64,000 nt of DNA from Coriobacteriia bacterium (GCA_009776725.1 WRNE01000006.1:1109-65108); one strand, 5' to 3'. Shown: positions 48,436 to 58,887, counted from the first letter of the stretch. Notes: generated from the letters alone by a model not told the origin. A program made the numbers and translations.

Positions 48436-49335
48436 ATGAAACGAATAATCAGCCTGTTTCTCGTAGCCTCGGCAGTCTTGTCTTTAATGGCTTGCACTCC
48501 CTCTGCGGGTCTTGACGAGCCTGATATGCAAGACCAGCCTGGCAACAGCCAAGACGAGGTAGATATTGCCGAGCAAGTCATATTGAACCAATATGACTTG
48601 CTGGTCACAGCAAAATCGCTTGACCTAGCAGGCGAGCTGGGCCCGGAGTTGAAGGTTACTATAGCCAACAACCGTGAAGACGACATAGCAGCCTATGTTT
48701 TAAGCCTGTCTGTCAACAACGCTATGATCCAAAGCAACTTTGAAGGCGCTGTGGGTGCTGGAAAAACCGAAGAGCACACCATCGTGATACCGCAAAGGCA
48801 GCTCGATATTGCAGGCATCGAGTTGATCAAGGATATAGAATTCGTCTTTCGTGTAGACAGTTATCCATCATACGAAGTCATCTTCTATTCGCCAGTGATC
48901 AAGATTGAGACCTCAGCCGACCCGTCCTACGAACAAGCCTTCGACGATAAAGGGCATGAGGTATATAACAACCAAGGGGTAAGGATAGTCATTAAAGCCT
49001 ATGAGGCTGGCACCTATGCGTATTCTAGCGAGCAGGGAATAAACATCTCGACTTTCATCGAAAACAGTAGTCAGCAAAACATCGTGATTACGATTCGGAG
49101 CTTCTCAATCAACGGCTATGCGGTAAACCCTGTCTACTACAACGAAATTGGGGCAGGCAAAGTAGCTTTTCAGCCTATTTTTATCTATCAGACTGATTTG
49201 GACAAAAACGGCATCGAAGGCATTGAGCAAATCGAGCTTGTATGTGATGTGGTGGACACGTCAGACTACCAGGTTTTATTCTCCACCGGAAAGATCACCA
49301 TTGACATGAGCCAAATAGTAGATCTGTCTGAGTAG
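48436..49335 (+). CDS. Lipoprotein with two homologous beta-sandwich domains
   Basis: MKRII...LMAC lipobox; internal duplication (IANN...LSVNN..I versus IENS...FSING..V). Confidence 0.75.
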   Translation: MKRIISLFLVASAVLSLMACTPSAGLDEPDMQDQPGNSQDEVDIAEQVILNQYDLLVTAKSLDLAGELGPELKVTIANNREDDIAAYVLSLSVNNAMIQSNFEGAVGAGKTEEHTIVIPQRQLDIAGIELIKDIEFVFRVDSYPSYEVIFYSPVIKIETSADPSYEQAFDDKGHEVYNNQGVRIVIKAYEAGTYAYSSEQGINISTFIENSSQQNIVITIRSFSINGYAVNPVYYNEIGAGKVAFQPIFIYQTDLDKNGIEGIEQIELVCDVVDTSDYQVLFSTGKITIDMSQIVDLSE

Positions 49336-49392
49336 CAGCCAAGCTTGATGCAGAGTTGAAAACAGGCGGGGCTGCCTATTTGTACCGGCTGC

Positions 49393-51105
49393 CTATTTTT
49401 TCGGTAAATAGCAGGTTATGGTCGTTCCTGTCTCCGGAGCACTGGCCAGCTCTATGTAGCCGCCGTGGTATTCAACGATATGCTTGACGATCGACAGGCC
49501 AAGGCCGGTTCCGCCAGTCTTCTTCGACCTTGAGCTGTCTACCCTGTAGAAACGCTCGAATACCCGGCTCTGTTGCTCGAGGGGGATCCCGACCCCAGTG
49601 TCGGTGACTGCGATCCGCTGGTGGGCCTCTGATTCGGATAAGGTCACCTTGACCGACCCTCCGGTCTTGTTGTACTTGATAGCGTTGTCAAGCAGGTTGT
49701 ATAAAAGCTCGTCGATCATCTGCCGGTCGGCAAAAGCCATGATATGCTGGCCAAACAACTCTACAGTCAAAGCCTTGGCATCAGCCTCCGCCCTTAGTGA
49801 GTCAAGCACTGACTGGGCCAGGCTGTATAAGTCGAAGTGCTCGAAGTCCCTTACGATTCGGTTCTCGTCAAATTCGGAGAGTTTGATGATATCGTCAATA
49901 ATATTCATCAAGCGTCTTGCCTGCTCGGCGATCTTTTCGGCAAAGCCTTGAACGTCCTCGTCTTTAGCCATTCCGTTGCTGATCATTTCGGAGAGGGCCG
50001 ATATTGAAGTGAGAGGCGTCTTCAGCTCATGGGAGACGTTCGCCGAGAACTCCTTGCGCAGCTGCTCGGCATTGATTCGGTCGCTGATGTCAAAGAAAAG
50101 GACGATACTCCCGATGATCTCGTCAGCACTGAGAACCGGACTGAAAAAGATGCTGTAATACTCTCCCGAGTTCTCCCAGACTATTTCAGCGTTTGACCCT
50201 GACAAGCTGGTCTTTACCCCGTTTTGAAAATCGATGTCGCGGCAAATATGCAGTATGTCCACATCCGAGATGTCGTCTTCGTTTTCTTGGAAGATATCAA
50301 GGGCGCTCTTATTGGCTGTGAGGATCTTGCCAGTATCGTCTAAGAGGATCAGGCCTTCCCGCATGTTGTTAGTGATGGCGAGGACCATGTCCGAACGGTT
50401 TTGCATAGCGGCCAGTTGGCTATTTATCTCCTGTTTTTGCTGGTTGATCCGCTTGGCATAAGGAACCAGCTCGTCATAGGCAATGATATTCTCGCTGTCA
50501 AAGTCGATGCTTTCGAAAGGATTGACGATATTCCTAGTCAGGCGTCGGGCAAAATAGTTCGCAATTACCATGATCCCGACAGTCACCAGAATAACGACTG
50601 GCAGGACCGACAAGAAGATGCTTGTAATTCCTTCGGTCGTCCGTGAAAGCCGCAACACGTTTCCATCATCTAGCAATATAGCATAGTAGTATGTTTCAGT
50701 CATCTGGCTCGTCGAATAACGAACGGCCTCGCCGCCGCCATTCTCCAAGGCGCTTCTAAACTCAAGCCGGTCACTGTGGTTCTCCAGCGAGTAGACAGGC
50801 AGCTCGTTGTCAAATATAACGCTGCCATCAGGGCTGATGACTGTGATCCGCAAAGCCTTGGTATTCTCCCCAATAAACTCCAAGTCCTCGACAAAAGAGC
50901 TTTCTGGGGATAAGGCCATGTCCGACCTGGCATAAGCGCTGTTTAAGACACTGGCTACCAACTGGGCGGACTCACGTACATCCAAGTAGACACGTGACTT
51001 GAAGGCATTGTAGAAAATCAAGCTGAGGATAGTCGACAATACGAAAGCACTGAGGAACACTAACCCGATGAAGTTACGGTAGATACGCTTTCTCAAACAG
51101 CTCAC
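49393..51105 (-). CDS. phoR: Phosphate regulon sensor histidine kinase
   Basis: Two TM helices, PAS domain, NVSHELKTPL, NLLDNAIKY, GGTGLGLSI; in the pst operon. Confidence 0.93.
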   Translation of the reverse strand: MSCLRKRIYRNFIGLVFLSAFVLSTILSLIFYNAFKSRVYLDVRESAQLVASVLNSAYARSDMALSPESSFVEDLEFIGENTKALRITVISPDGSVIFDNELPVYSLENHSDRLEFRSALENGGGEAVRYSTSQMTETYYYAILLDDGNVLRLSRTTEGITSIFLSVLPVVILVTVGIMVIANYFARRLTRNIVNPFESIDFDSENIIAYDELVPYAKRINQQKQEINSQLAAMQNRSDMVLAITNNMREGLILLDDTGKILTANKSALDIFQENEDDISDVDILHICRDIDFQNGVKTSLSGSNAEIVWENSGEYYSIFFSPVLSADEIIGSIVLFFDISDRINAEQLRKEFSANVSHELKTPLTSISALSEMISNGMAKDEDVQGFAEKIAEQARRLMNIIDDIIKLSEFDENRIVRDFEHFDLYSLAQSVLDSLRAEADAKALTVELFGQHIMAFADRQMIDELLYNLLDNAIKYNKTGGSVKVTLSESEAHQRIAVTDTGVGIPLEQQSRVFERFYRVDSSRSKKTGGTGLGLSIVKHIVEYHGGYIELASAPETGTTITCYLPKK

Positions 51106-51797
51106 TCCCCAAGCTTGTATCCTACGTTACGGACCGTCTTGATGTGCTCACCGGCTACTCCCAGCTTTTGCCGCAGTGTTTTTATGTGCATGTCCAGCGT
51201 GCGGGTCTCACCAGCGAAATCGTAGCCCCAGACTGCCTCCATAATGCGGTTTCGGGCCAAGACCAGGCCGGTGTTAAGTAAAAAGTGGTAAAGCAGCTCA
51301 AACTCTTTATAGGTCAGTTGGACGACTTTTCCGTCTGCCGTAACAGTACGCCGGGCAATGTCAAGGCTGATATTCTTGTATGTCAACTTCTCGTCAATCC
51401 GCAAAGACCTGCTACGACGCAGCACTGCATTGATCCGGGAAATCAACTCCATGACCCCGAAAGGCTTGACCAAATAGTCGTCAGCCCCCATGTCTAGGCC
51501 TGTTACCTTGTCGTACTCACTTCCTTTGGCAGTCAACATAATGACTGGCAGCGCCTTTGTTTGGGGAGAATTACGTAGTTTTTGCAAAATCGACAAACCG
51601 TCGTTACCTGGCAGCATGATGTCCAGCAGAACCAGCGACGGGAGGGTCGGGCTTCTCTCCAACTCAGCATAGAAACCTACGGCATTCTCAAAGCCTACTG
51701 ACTCAAAGCCCGTTGAACGCAGGGCATATAAGACAATTTCACGGATTTCCTCATCGTCTTCGACGAAGAATACCCTTTGGATTGCATTGGTGTCCAA
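51102..51797 (-). CDS. phoB: Phosphate regulon response regulator (OmpR/PhoB family)
   Basis: LLDIMLP, GADDYLVKPF and winged helix TRTLDMHIKTLR. Confidence 0.92.
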   Translation of the reverse strand: MDTNAIQRVFFVEDDEEIREIVLYALRSTGFESVGFENAVGFYAELERSPTLPSLVLLDIMLPGNDGLSILQKLRNSPQTKALPVIMLTAKGSEYDKVTGLDMGADDYLVKPFGVMELISRINAVLRRSRSLRIDEKLTYKNISLDIARRTVTADGKVVQLTYKEFELLYHFLLNTGLVLARNRIMEAVWGYDFAGETRTLDMHIKTLRQKLGVAGEHIKTVRNVGYKLGE

Positions 51798-51813
51798 GGA
51801 TTAGTCTGCCTTT

Positions 51814-52521
51814 CTATGAAATGACTTCTTCCCAAGGCCTTTTTCCTGCAAGCTCAGGGAAGAAGCGAACATGCTTCCCGGTGATTGAAAACGCTACCCA
51901 TTCGGCAATGTTTACAGCGTGGTCACCGATTCGTTCGAAGTATTTGGCAATCATGATCAGGTCGATCGCCAGTTCGCCGTTGATCTGGTAGTTCTGGATC
52001 AGTTCGATCAGCTCGTACTTGACTGTATCGAAAAGCCGGTCAACAACGTCATCGTGCTTTACAACGGTTTTGGCTAGTTCAATGTCCTTCTTTACAAAGG
52101 CATCGATACTCCAGGTAACCATCTTGATTGTCGCGTCTGCCATCTCTGGTATATGCTGCATGGTCGGCGAGGCGCCATTGGCCTGGTTGCCATTGGCAGC
52201 CATCATGATCGATATCTCAGAGATGTCCGATGCCTGGTCAGCGATCCGCTCCATGTCGGTGATCATTTTCAAGCAAGCCGAAATCAAACGCAGGTCGCTG
52301 GCTACTGGTTGTTGCTGCAAAAGCAGCTTCAAGCAGAAGGCCTCGATGTCTTTTTCTTTTTGGTCGACTTCCTCGTCAAGGTCGATGACTTGTATGGCGA
52401 TTTCACTATCCTGTTCGGTAAGGGCCTGGGTAGTCATTAATATCGCCCGCTCAATTAAGGCTCCCATTTCTATCAACATGTTGTTTAGCTGGGCTAATTG
52501 TTCGTCAAACCTGCTTCGCAT
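51814..52521 (-). CDS. phoU: Phosphate signalling protein PhoU
   Basis: QPVASDLR, DMERIAD, FERIGDHAVNIAEW. Confidence 0.96.
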   Translation of the reverse strand: MRSRFDEQLAQLNNMLIEMGALIERAILMTTQALTEQDSEIAIQVIDLDEEVDQKEKDIEAFCLKLLLQQQPVASDLRLISACLKMITDMERIADQASDISEISIMMAANGNQANGASPTMQHIPEMADATIKMVTWSIDAFVKKDIELAKTVVKHDDVVDRLFDTVKYELIELIQNYQINGELAIDLIMIAKYFERIGDHAVNIAEWVAFSITGKHVRFFPELAGKRPWEEVIS

Positions 52522-52595
52522 TTTTATCCGCCTCCTCGTTTTTTAGGCTTTGATGTAAAAAGTAAAAGTGGCAATGACTTGGTTTTTTATCCATT

Positions 52596-53363
52596 TCAAC
52601 CAAATCGTCCCGTGATGTAGTCTTCGCAGCGCCTGTCTTGAGGAAAAGAGAAAACTTGTTCGGTATCACCGTACTCGACCATCTCCCCAAGCAAAAAAAA
52701 CGCTGTTCTGTCAGAAACGCGAGTTGCTTGCTGCATGTTATGAGTAACAATAACCACTGTGTAGTCTTTTTTCAATATCGAAAGCAAATCTTCGATTTTT
52801 GCTGTCGAGATCGGGTCTAGGGCCGAAGTCGGCTCATCCATTAAAAGCACGTCAGGTTCAACAGACAAAGCCCGTGCGATACAAAGCCTTTGTTGTTGTC
52901 CGCCAGACAGCGAAAGGGCGTTTTTTTTCAAACGGTCCTTGACTTCGTCCCAAATCGCTGCATCCCGCAAAGACCGCTCGACTATCTCGTCAAGCTTTAG
53001 TTTTGTGGTGATCCCATGCGTTTTGGGGCCAAAGGCAATGTTGTCGTAAATGCTCATTGGAAAGGGGTTCGGTTTTTGAAAAACCATGCCTACACGCTTG
53101 CGTAAATGGTTCACATCGATGTTGCTATAGATGTCTTCATCGTCAAGCAAAAGGCTTCCCTCGATCCGACAGCCTTCAATCAAGTCGTTCATCCTGTTGA
53201 GGCTTTTAATCAAAGTCGACTTTCCGCAACCAGAAGGGCCGATCAAAGCTGTAATCAGGTTGGCATCGATATTAAATGTAATGTCCTTTAATGCCTGGAA
53301 CTCGCCATACCATAAATTGACGTGTTCTAGAGTGAATTTGTGCTGCACATCGAGCTTGTTCAT
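52596..53363 (-). CDS. pstB: Phosphate ABC transporter ATPase
   Basis: [32 protein letters not shown]. Confidence 0.97.
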   Translation of the reverse strand: MNKLDVQHKFTLEHVNLWYGEFQALKDITFNIDANLITALIGPSGCGKSTLIKSLNRMNDLIEGCRIEGSLLLDDEDIYSNIDVNHLRKRVGMVFQKPNPFPMSIYDNIAFGPKTHGITTKLKLDEIVERSLRDAAIWDEVKDRLKKNALSLSGGQQQRLCIARALSVEPDVLLMDEPTSALDPISTAKIEDLLSILKKDYTVVIVTHNMQQATRVSDRTAFFLLGEMVEYGDTEQVFSFPQDRRCEDYITGRFG

Positions 53364-53390
53364 GGTTTTATCCCTTTAATTAAATACTAT

Positions 53391-54224
53391 TTAATCAATG
53401 GAGTATAAACGTCGAGACATTGATTTAGTCAAATACGAAGAGAGCGCGTTGATGGCCACGACGACCAGCAGAAGAATCACTGCTGTCGCATAGGCTTGGC
53501 CGGTATAGAGCCCTTCGCTGGACAAGGCATACATGTGAATAGAAAGTGTCCTAGCCGAAGACATCGGGCTGGACGGTATCTGTGCGACGGTTCCAGCCGT
53601 GTAGATCAATGCCGCGGTCTCTCCGACGATCCGGCCGATAGCCAAAATCACGCCAGACAGGATACCCGGGGCGGCCGAGGGCAAAACGATACGGAACACT
53701 GTCCGCAGCTTGCCTGCACCCAAGCCGAACGATCCCTCACGGTAGCTGTCAGGCACTGCCATCAAGCTTTCTTCGGTGGTCCGCATGATCAGAGGCAAGA
53801 CCATAATGGCAAGGGTGAGGCTGCCAGCCAGCAGCGAATAGCCCCAACCGAGCCAGATGACGAAGAAAAGCGATCCGAACAACCCATAGATTATCGAGGG
53901 AATCCCCGACAAGGTCTCAGCCGTCATGCGTACCAGGCTGACGAGCTTTGACCCACGAGTCCCGTATTCTACGAGGTAGATAGCTGAAAACACCCCGAAG
54001 GGCACAGCGATCAGCAAAGCAAGGCCGACAGTCATCACCGTAGTTACCAAAGCTGGCATCAAGGAGACGTTGTTGGTGTTGTAGGCAAACTCAAAAAGCG
54101 AGGGCTTGATGAATGGGATTCCGCGGACCAGGATGTAACAAATGATCAATATCAGCATGGTAAACGTCAAGAATGCGGAGATCCAGGTGATATATTTAAG
54201 GAGAAGGCTGTAGTATTTCCTCAT
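53391..54224 (-). CDS. pstA: Phosphate ABC transporter permease PstA
   Basis: LSGIPSIIYGLFG and GRIVGETAAL. Confidence 0.96.
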   Translation of the reverse strand: MRKYYSLLLKYITWISAFLTFTMLILIICYILVRGIPFIKPSLFEFAYNTNNVSLMPALVTTVMTVGLALLIAVPFGVFSAIYLVEYGTRGSKLVSLVRMTAETLSGIPSIIYGLFGSLFFVIWLGWGYSLLAGSLTLAIMVLPLIMRTTEESLMAVPDSYREGSFGLGAGKLRTVFRIVLPSAAPGILSGVILAIGRIVGETAALIYTAGTVAQIPSSPMSSARTLSIHMYALSSEGLYTGQAYATAVILLLVVVAINALSSYLTKSMSRRLYSID

Positions 54225-55120
54225 GCCTCAGACCTCCTCATCAGTAATGAGAACAGCATGTTTATCAGCAAGACTAGGACAAACAGTACTAGACCGGTAG
54301 CAATCAATGCCTCTCGATGCAGGCCTTCGGCGTAGCCCATCTCAATCACAACGTTCGCTGTGAGCGTCCTTGTCCCTTTGAGGAACTCGTTAGGCATCCG
54401 TAGCAAGGCTTGGTTCCCAGCGACCATCTTGACGGCCATGGTCTCGCCGATGGCTCGGCCGACCCCTAAGACGACTGCTGCCATGATCCCAGACTTTGCA
54501 GCAGGGACCAAGACGCTAAACACTGCCCTTTCATGGCTGGCTCCAAGGGCAAGCGCTCCCTCGTAGAGCTCGTCGGGCACAGCCCTGATCGATGATTCGG
54601 AGATACCGATAACCGTTGGCAGGATCATAATGCCTAGTAACATGGCAGCCGACAGGATGCTTGAACCGTTACCACCGAAATTCTGCCTGACAAAGGGAAC
54701 CAGGACCACTATCCCGAAAAACCCATAGATCACCGAAGGGATGCCAGCCAACAGGTTCACAGCTGGTTTTAAGACCTTATATATCCGCGGTGGGCAGATT
54801 TTAGCCATAAAGACTGCCGTCAGGATGCCGATGGGGACCCCGAAGATGACTGCCCCGACCGTTATGTAGATACTGGCTATAATCATCGGGAAGATGCCAA
54901 AGGCGGGGGGATTATTAGTCGGGGCCCAGTCCATCCCGAACAAGAAGTCGACGACTCCGATCTTTTGGACAATGGCGGGCAGTCCATAAACGAAGAGGAA
55001 AAGACAAATCAGCCCAACAGCAAGGATTGCTGTTAGGGCTGACAAGGCAAATATCACACGCATAGATTGTTCTTTGAAGCGTACGAAACCACCAAGTGTC
55101 TTCACTTGATTTCGCTCCAA
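54221..55120 (-). CDS. pstC: Phosphate ABC transporter permease PstC
   Basis: LAGIPSVIYG and GRAIGETMAV; start uncertain. Confidence 0.96.
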   Translation of the reverse strand: MERNQVKTLGGFVRFKEQSMRVIFALSALTAILAVGLICLFLFVYGLPAIVQKIGVVDFLFGMDWAPTNNPPAFGIFPMIIASIYITVGAVIFGVPIGILTAVFMAKICPPRIYKVLKPAVNLLAGIPSVIYGFFGIVVLVPFVRQNFGGNGSSILSAAMLLGIMILPTVIGISESSIRAVPDELYEGALALGASHERAVFSVLVPAAKSGIMAAVVLGVGRAIGETMAVKMVAGNQALLRMPNEFLKGTRTLTANVVIEMGYAEGLHREALIATGLVLFVLVLLINMLFSLLMRRSEA

Positions 55121-56007
55121 GTAGTAATCTCGCCTGTGTAGATCCTCATGACATCCTCGGCACTTAAGTCGGTGACAGGGTTGTTGTTGTTGACTATCAC
55201 GGCGATGCCGTCAACAGCAATATCGATACCAGTCAACTCTGCTGCCTCGGTGTCTTTTAGCTCGCGGCTGGACATCCCGATATCATATGTACCGTTCATT
55301 GCACCGGTCATACCAGAAGACGAGTCGCTCATTTGGACCTCGATGGTAGCGTTCGTGTTCAGCTTCTTATACTCTTGGACTAAGTACTCCATGAGCGGGG
55401 TAACGGATGACGACCCACCGACAACGATCGATCCGGAAGGCTTGGTGCCGTTGTACTCAGGAGCGTTCTCGTCAGCGGCTAGGTAGCCTCTTTCCTCGAC
55501 GATGGCCTGTCCTTCTTTGGACATGATGAAGTCGATGAAGTCTTTAGCTAGGCCAGTCGGGTCAGGCTTGGTAGCAATGATGAAAGGCCTTTGAATCGCA
55601 TAGGTGCCGTTTTTGACGTTCGCGGTCGTAGCAGCGACGCCGTCGATGCTGACTGCCTTGACTGTGTTGTTCAGCGAGCCCAGTGATATATAACCAATCG
55701 CATACGGGTCGTTAGCAATATTGGTCATCATCACATCGGTCTTGTCAGCAATGACTGCCTCTTTGGTGGTGTTGTCGTTCTTGTTGGCATCCTGAACCTC
55801 GAAAAGCTCGATAAAAGCAGAGCGGGTCCCACTGCCGTCCTCGCGGGAGACTACCGTGATCGGCTTCGTGTTGTCAAATCCATGTGTGGACTCGTTCGAC
55901 TCGGTACTCTCGTTCTCTTCGTCCCCATTGCTGCTGGCCGGGGTACAAGCAGAGACCGCGGACGTGCCAAGCATCAGAACCAGTAAAATCGAAACGAATT
56001 TTTGCAT
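55102..56007 (-). CDS. pstS: Phosphate-binding lipoprotein PstS
   Basis: Lipobox VSAC; REDGSGTR, GSSSV and DGIAVIVN motifs. Confidence 0.94.
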   Translation of the reverse strand: MQKFVSILLVLMLGTSAVSACTPASSNGDEENESTESNESTHGFDNTKPITVVSREDGSGTRSAFIELFEVQDANKNDNTTKEAVIADKTDVMMTNIANDPYAIGYISLGSLNNTVKAVSIDGVAATTANVKNGTYAIQRPFIIATKPDPTGLAKDFIDFIMSKEGQAIVEERGYLAADENAPEYNGTKPSGSIVVGGSSSVTPLMEYLVQEYKKLNTNATIEVQMSDSSSGMTGAMNGTYDIGMSSRELKDTEAAELTGIDIAVDGIAVIVNNNNPVTDLSAEDVMRIYTGEITTWSEIK

Positions 56008-56051
56008 ACTTCCTCCTGGGGTTGTTGTTTAGATAATTCCCTTTTAGAGAT

Positions 56052-56106
56052 ACTATATATACGAGCTGTAAAAACCATACACCTGCGTATGTAAAATGAG
56101 TGTAAA
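56052..56106 (-). promoter_or_regulatory. pst promoter with Pho-box-like direct repeats
   Basis: Minus-strand TTTACA at 56106-56101, 56095-56090 (11-bp period) and 56072-56067; TATAGT -10 at 56057-56052. Confidence 0.7.
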
Positions 56107-56159
56107 GTTTTATATGGGGATAAGAACCCGCGCCCCTAGGCTCTCTTTTAGATAAGAAA

Positions 56160-56197
56160 GGCCCTGGTGACCGATTATGTGGACGGTCACCAGAGCC
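56160..56197 (-). terminator. Probable terminator of the PNPOx-like gene
   Basis: CTGGTGACCG-N10-CGGTCACCAG, followed by TTTCTT on the minus strand. Confidence 0.7.
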
Positions 56198-56273
56198 TGG
56201 TATAACTTGTTATCTGATGAAGCTGCTTCTTACATAAGACGTGCATTGTGCAAAATGCTAGGTCTTCTCCAGA

Positions 56274-56672
56274 TTAAAAATCAACGTACGAGGTGTCTCC
56301 GCCAAAGCTGTCGAAGCGGGCAGTTGCATCTTCGAAGCACAAAACCAGCATGTTGTCGTCGTCGACAGAATACATTCCCGCTAGATTCGGGTAGGCATCG
56401 AGCATTGACTGCTTTGCTTCGCGGCGTTCGTCAGCGATCAGCTTGGCGGAAATGCGGATCCAGGTCCCAGTCTCTGCGTCAAAGGCACAGACTTCGACAT
56501 TGGGGTTGGCAAAAATCTGCTTGGCCACGTCTTTGGACCGCCCGGTTTGAATGTACAGCTTGTTCTCAAAGACATTGATCGTGCCCATCGGCCTTACCCG
56601 GGCCTTGTCTGCATCAACGGTGGCCAAATAATAAGTGCCGACTTTCTTTAGTAGCTCATAAACTTCGTCCAT
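56274..56672 (-). CDS. Pyridoxamine 5'-phosphate oxidase family (split-barrel flavin-binding) protein
   Basis: YYLATVD..ARVRP...QI.ANPNVEVC...WIRI; ATG at 56672 after GGAGG. Confidence 0.88.
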   Translation of the reverse strand: MDEVYELLKKVGTYYLATVDADKARVRPMGTINVFENKLYIQTGRSKDVAKQIFANPNVEVCAFDAETGTWIRISAKLIADERREAKQSMLDAYPNLAGMYSVDDDNMLVLCFEDATARFDSFGGDTSYVDF

Positions 56673-57096
56673 GGTCCCTCCTTTGGGGTCTATGCTGGCA
56701 AACTGTGCTGCGTTTTGGCACAAGGGGCCTGGCAAGGTACTTGGCTCGCATCGCAACAAGCTGCCGTTTTATAACGTACATGGGTTTTTGCAGTAGCATT
56801 CGCCCATGTAAACGATATACATACTATACGATATGCGCTGTATCATTGGCGGACAGGCGGTATTTGATACAACGTCGGCTTTATCTTGGAGTAAAATCTA
56901 TTGCGACTGCGAATTTGCTGGCTCGCAGACGAGATGCCGGCAGTGTCCAAGGCCTGAGTGAAAACCCACGTTTGCAAACTGTATACAAAGCAAAGGCAAA
57001 GCGCATCCCATCAAGTTAATATCAAAACAATAAACATTTAAAATGCTAAACAACGAAAGAGCAGAGTAAGGGGTTTAAAAAAGATGGTATTTCATT

Positions 57097-58887
57097 ATGA
57101 GTGCTGATCATAAAAAAGAAGCAGACCAGCAAAAACCTAGTGGGGGCCGTAGGTTTAAAGACAGCGCTCCGATGATGTCAAGCAGTGTAGAGGTTTCCGA
57201 GCATGACCGCGGGACAGCATATGACAACGGGACAGCCTATGACAACGGGACAGCCTATGACAACGGGGTCTTGACAGCCCAGGACTCTCCAGCGGAAGCG
57301 CTTTCGATGGGGGAGCAAGTATTAAACGAGCAAGCCTTAGTCAGCCAAGAGATTCCTACAGACATAAGATCGATCAAAGCAGCCATCAGCGGGGTCCTGC
57401 CCACAGACGGTACAGAAGATGCTGCCGAAGCAAAAGACAAGGCTCCGCGAAAAACCGAGGATCTGTACCTGCTAGGCAAATCGCTGAAAAGGCCTGTCCA
57501 ATCCATTGCTGCCTTGTTGGTAGGCGTGGTTTTAGTCGTGTATCTGTATGGTGTGTTCTACTTTAACGACCATTTTGGGTTCAATACCACTATCGACAAG
57601 CGCAATATGACCTTCTTGTCAGTCGACGAGGCCGAGTCGAGGCTCTTCTTCAACGCAGAGTGCTTCACCATGACCATCACCGGCCGCGAAGACGTCCAAT
57701 ATACCCTTTACTCGGACGATGTCGGCCTGTACTACATTCCAGACGACCAGATCGAGACTATCCTCAAATCCCAAAACCCATGGCTTTGGCCGCTTAGGTT
57801 GATACCGCAAAACGAGTACCACACTGACCCATCGCTCAGATTTGAAGCCGACTTGCTGGAAAAATACCTTTACGACAGCGGCTTGCTAGACCCTGAGAAT
57901 ATGCGCTACCCAGTTGACGCTCGGCCAATATTTAGAAATGGGTCTTGGGTCATCGAAGACGAGGACTTAGGCACTGCTCTAGACGACGAGCTGGTCTTTC
58001 GGGTTATATCTGACCACTTGATCAACGCCATGAACCAGTGTGACTTGAATTCAACAGGCTGTTATCTGAACCCTACCGTCTATGCAGGCGACCAGGAACT
58101 GCTGACCCGTGTCGAGGACTTTAACACATATGCCCAGTTCCAAATCGTCTATGAGTTCGGCGATGAAACCGAGACGCTTGACGCCAATATTGCCATCGAC
58201 TGGTTCATCGAAAACGACGACGGCTCAAAAATGCTTGACTATGTGGCACTGGACGCTTGGCTGGATGACTTCTGCAAACGTCATAACACCTTAGGGATCG
58301 AGCGTGTTTTTCAAGCCCATCGAGGGGACATGATCACGGTCAGCGGCGGTACATACGGTTGGCAAATCGACCGTATGGCAGAGCGGAACGCAATCATCGC
58401 CGCAATCACCAACAAGTCCAGCGAGACCCGAGAGCCGTACTATGCCCAGCGTGGGGCAGAGCATCCCAGTGAAGCAAGCATGCCGGACTGGGGCGGCACC
58501 TATATCGAAATCGACCAAGGCATACAGAAGCTCTTTTACTTTGTTAACGGTGAGTTGGTGCTAGAGACCGATATCGTCACTGGCTTGCCGACCCCGATGT
58601 GGACGACTCCCTGTGGGGTCTATCGGGTCTTGACCCGGGTAAGCCCGGCGCGCTTGCAAGGGCCTATCCAAGAAGACGGCAACCCGATGTGGGACTCGGT
58701 TGTGCAGTTCTGGCTAGGCGTTACATATGGCGGAGTAGGCATTCATGACGCTTATTGGCAGCCTTGGTTCGGCGGCAACCGGTATCAGTACGGTGGCTCG
58801 CACGGTTGCATCAACCTGCCTTATAGCAGCGCCAGGGACTTATACGGGATGGTTGAGGTCGGCACACCAGTAATCATCCATTGGTAG
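57097..58887 (+). CDS. L,D-transpeptidase (YkuD domain) with PG-binding-type stalk and N-terminal TM
   Basis: TYIEID, DIVTG...TP.GVY, GIHDA.W and GSHGCINL (catalytic His/Cys); cytoplasmic disordered N-terminus. Confidence 0.93.
   Translation: MSADHKKEADQQKPSGGRRFKDSAPMMSSSVEVSEHDRGTAYDNGTAYDNGTAYDNGVLTAQDSPAEALSMGEQVLNEQALVSQEIPTDIRSIKAAISGVLPTDGTEDAAEAKDKAPRKTEDLYLLGKSLKRPVQSIAALLVGVVLVVYLYGVFYFNDHFGFNTTIDKRNMTFLSVDEAESRLFFNAECFTMTITGREDVQYTLYSDDVGLYYIPDDQIETILKSQNPWLWPLRLIPQNEYHTDPSLRFEADLLEKYLYDSGLLDPENMRYPVDARPIFRNGSWVIEDEDLGTALDDELVFRVISDHLINAMNQCDLNSTGCYLNPTVYAGDQELLTRVEDFNTYAQFQIVYEFGDETETLDANIAIDWFIENDDGSKMLDYVALDAWLDDFCKRHNTLGIERVFQAHRGDMITVSGGTYGWQIDRMAERNAIIAAITNKSSETREPYYAQRGAEHPSEASMPDWGGTYIEIDQGIQKLFYFVNGELVLETDIVTGLPTPMWTTPCGVYRVLTRVSPARLQGPIQEDGNPMWDSVVQFWLGVTYGGVGIHDAYWQPWFGGNRYQYGGSHGCINLPYSSARDLYGMVEVGTPVIIHW
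57211..57267 (+). repeat. In-frame 18-bp tandem repeat, three copies (GTAYDN)
   Basis: GGGACAGC(A/C)TATGACAAC at 57211, 57229 and 57247. Confidence 0.95.

Noticed and set aside
56705-57019. 104-aa plus-strand ORF or a riboswitch upstream of the L,D-transpeptidase
   Set aside because: The ORF has no RBS or protein-like features. Scattered GCAAA motifs do not assemble into a c-di-GMP or c-di-AMP riboswitch.
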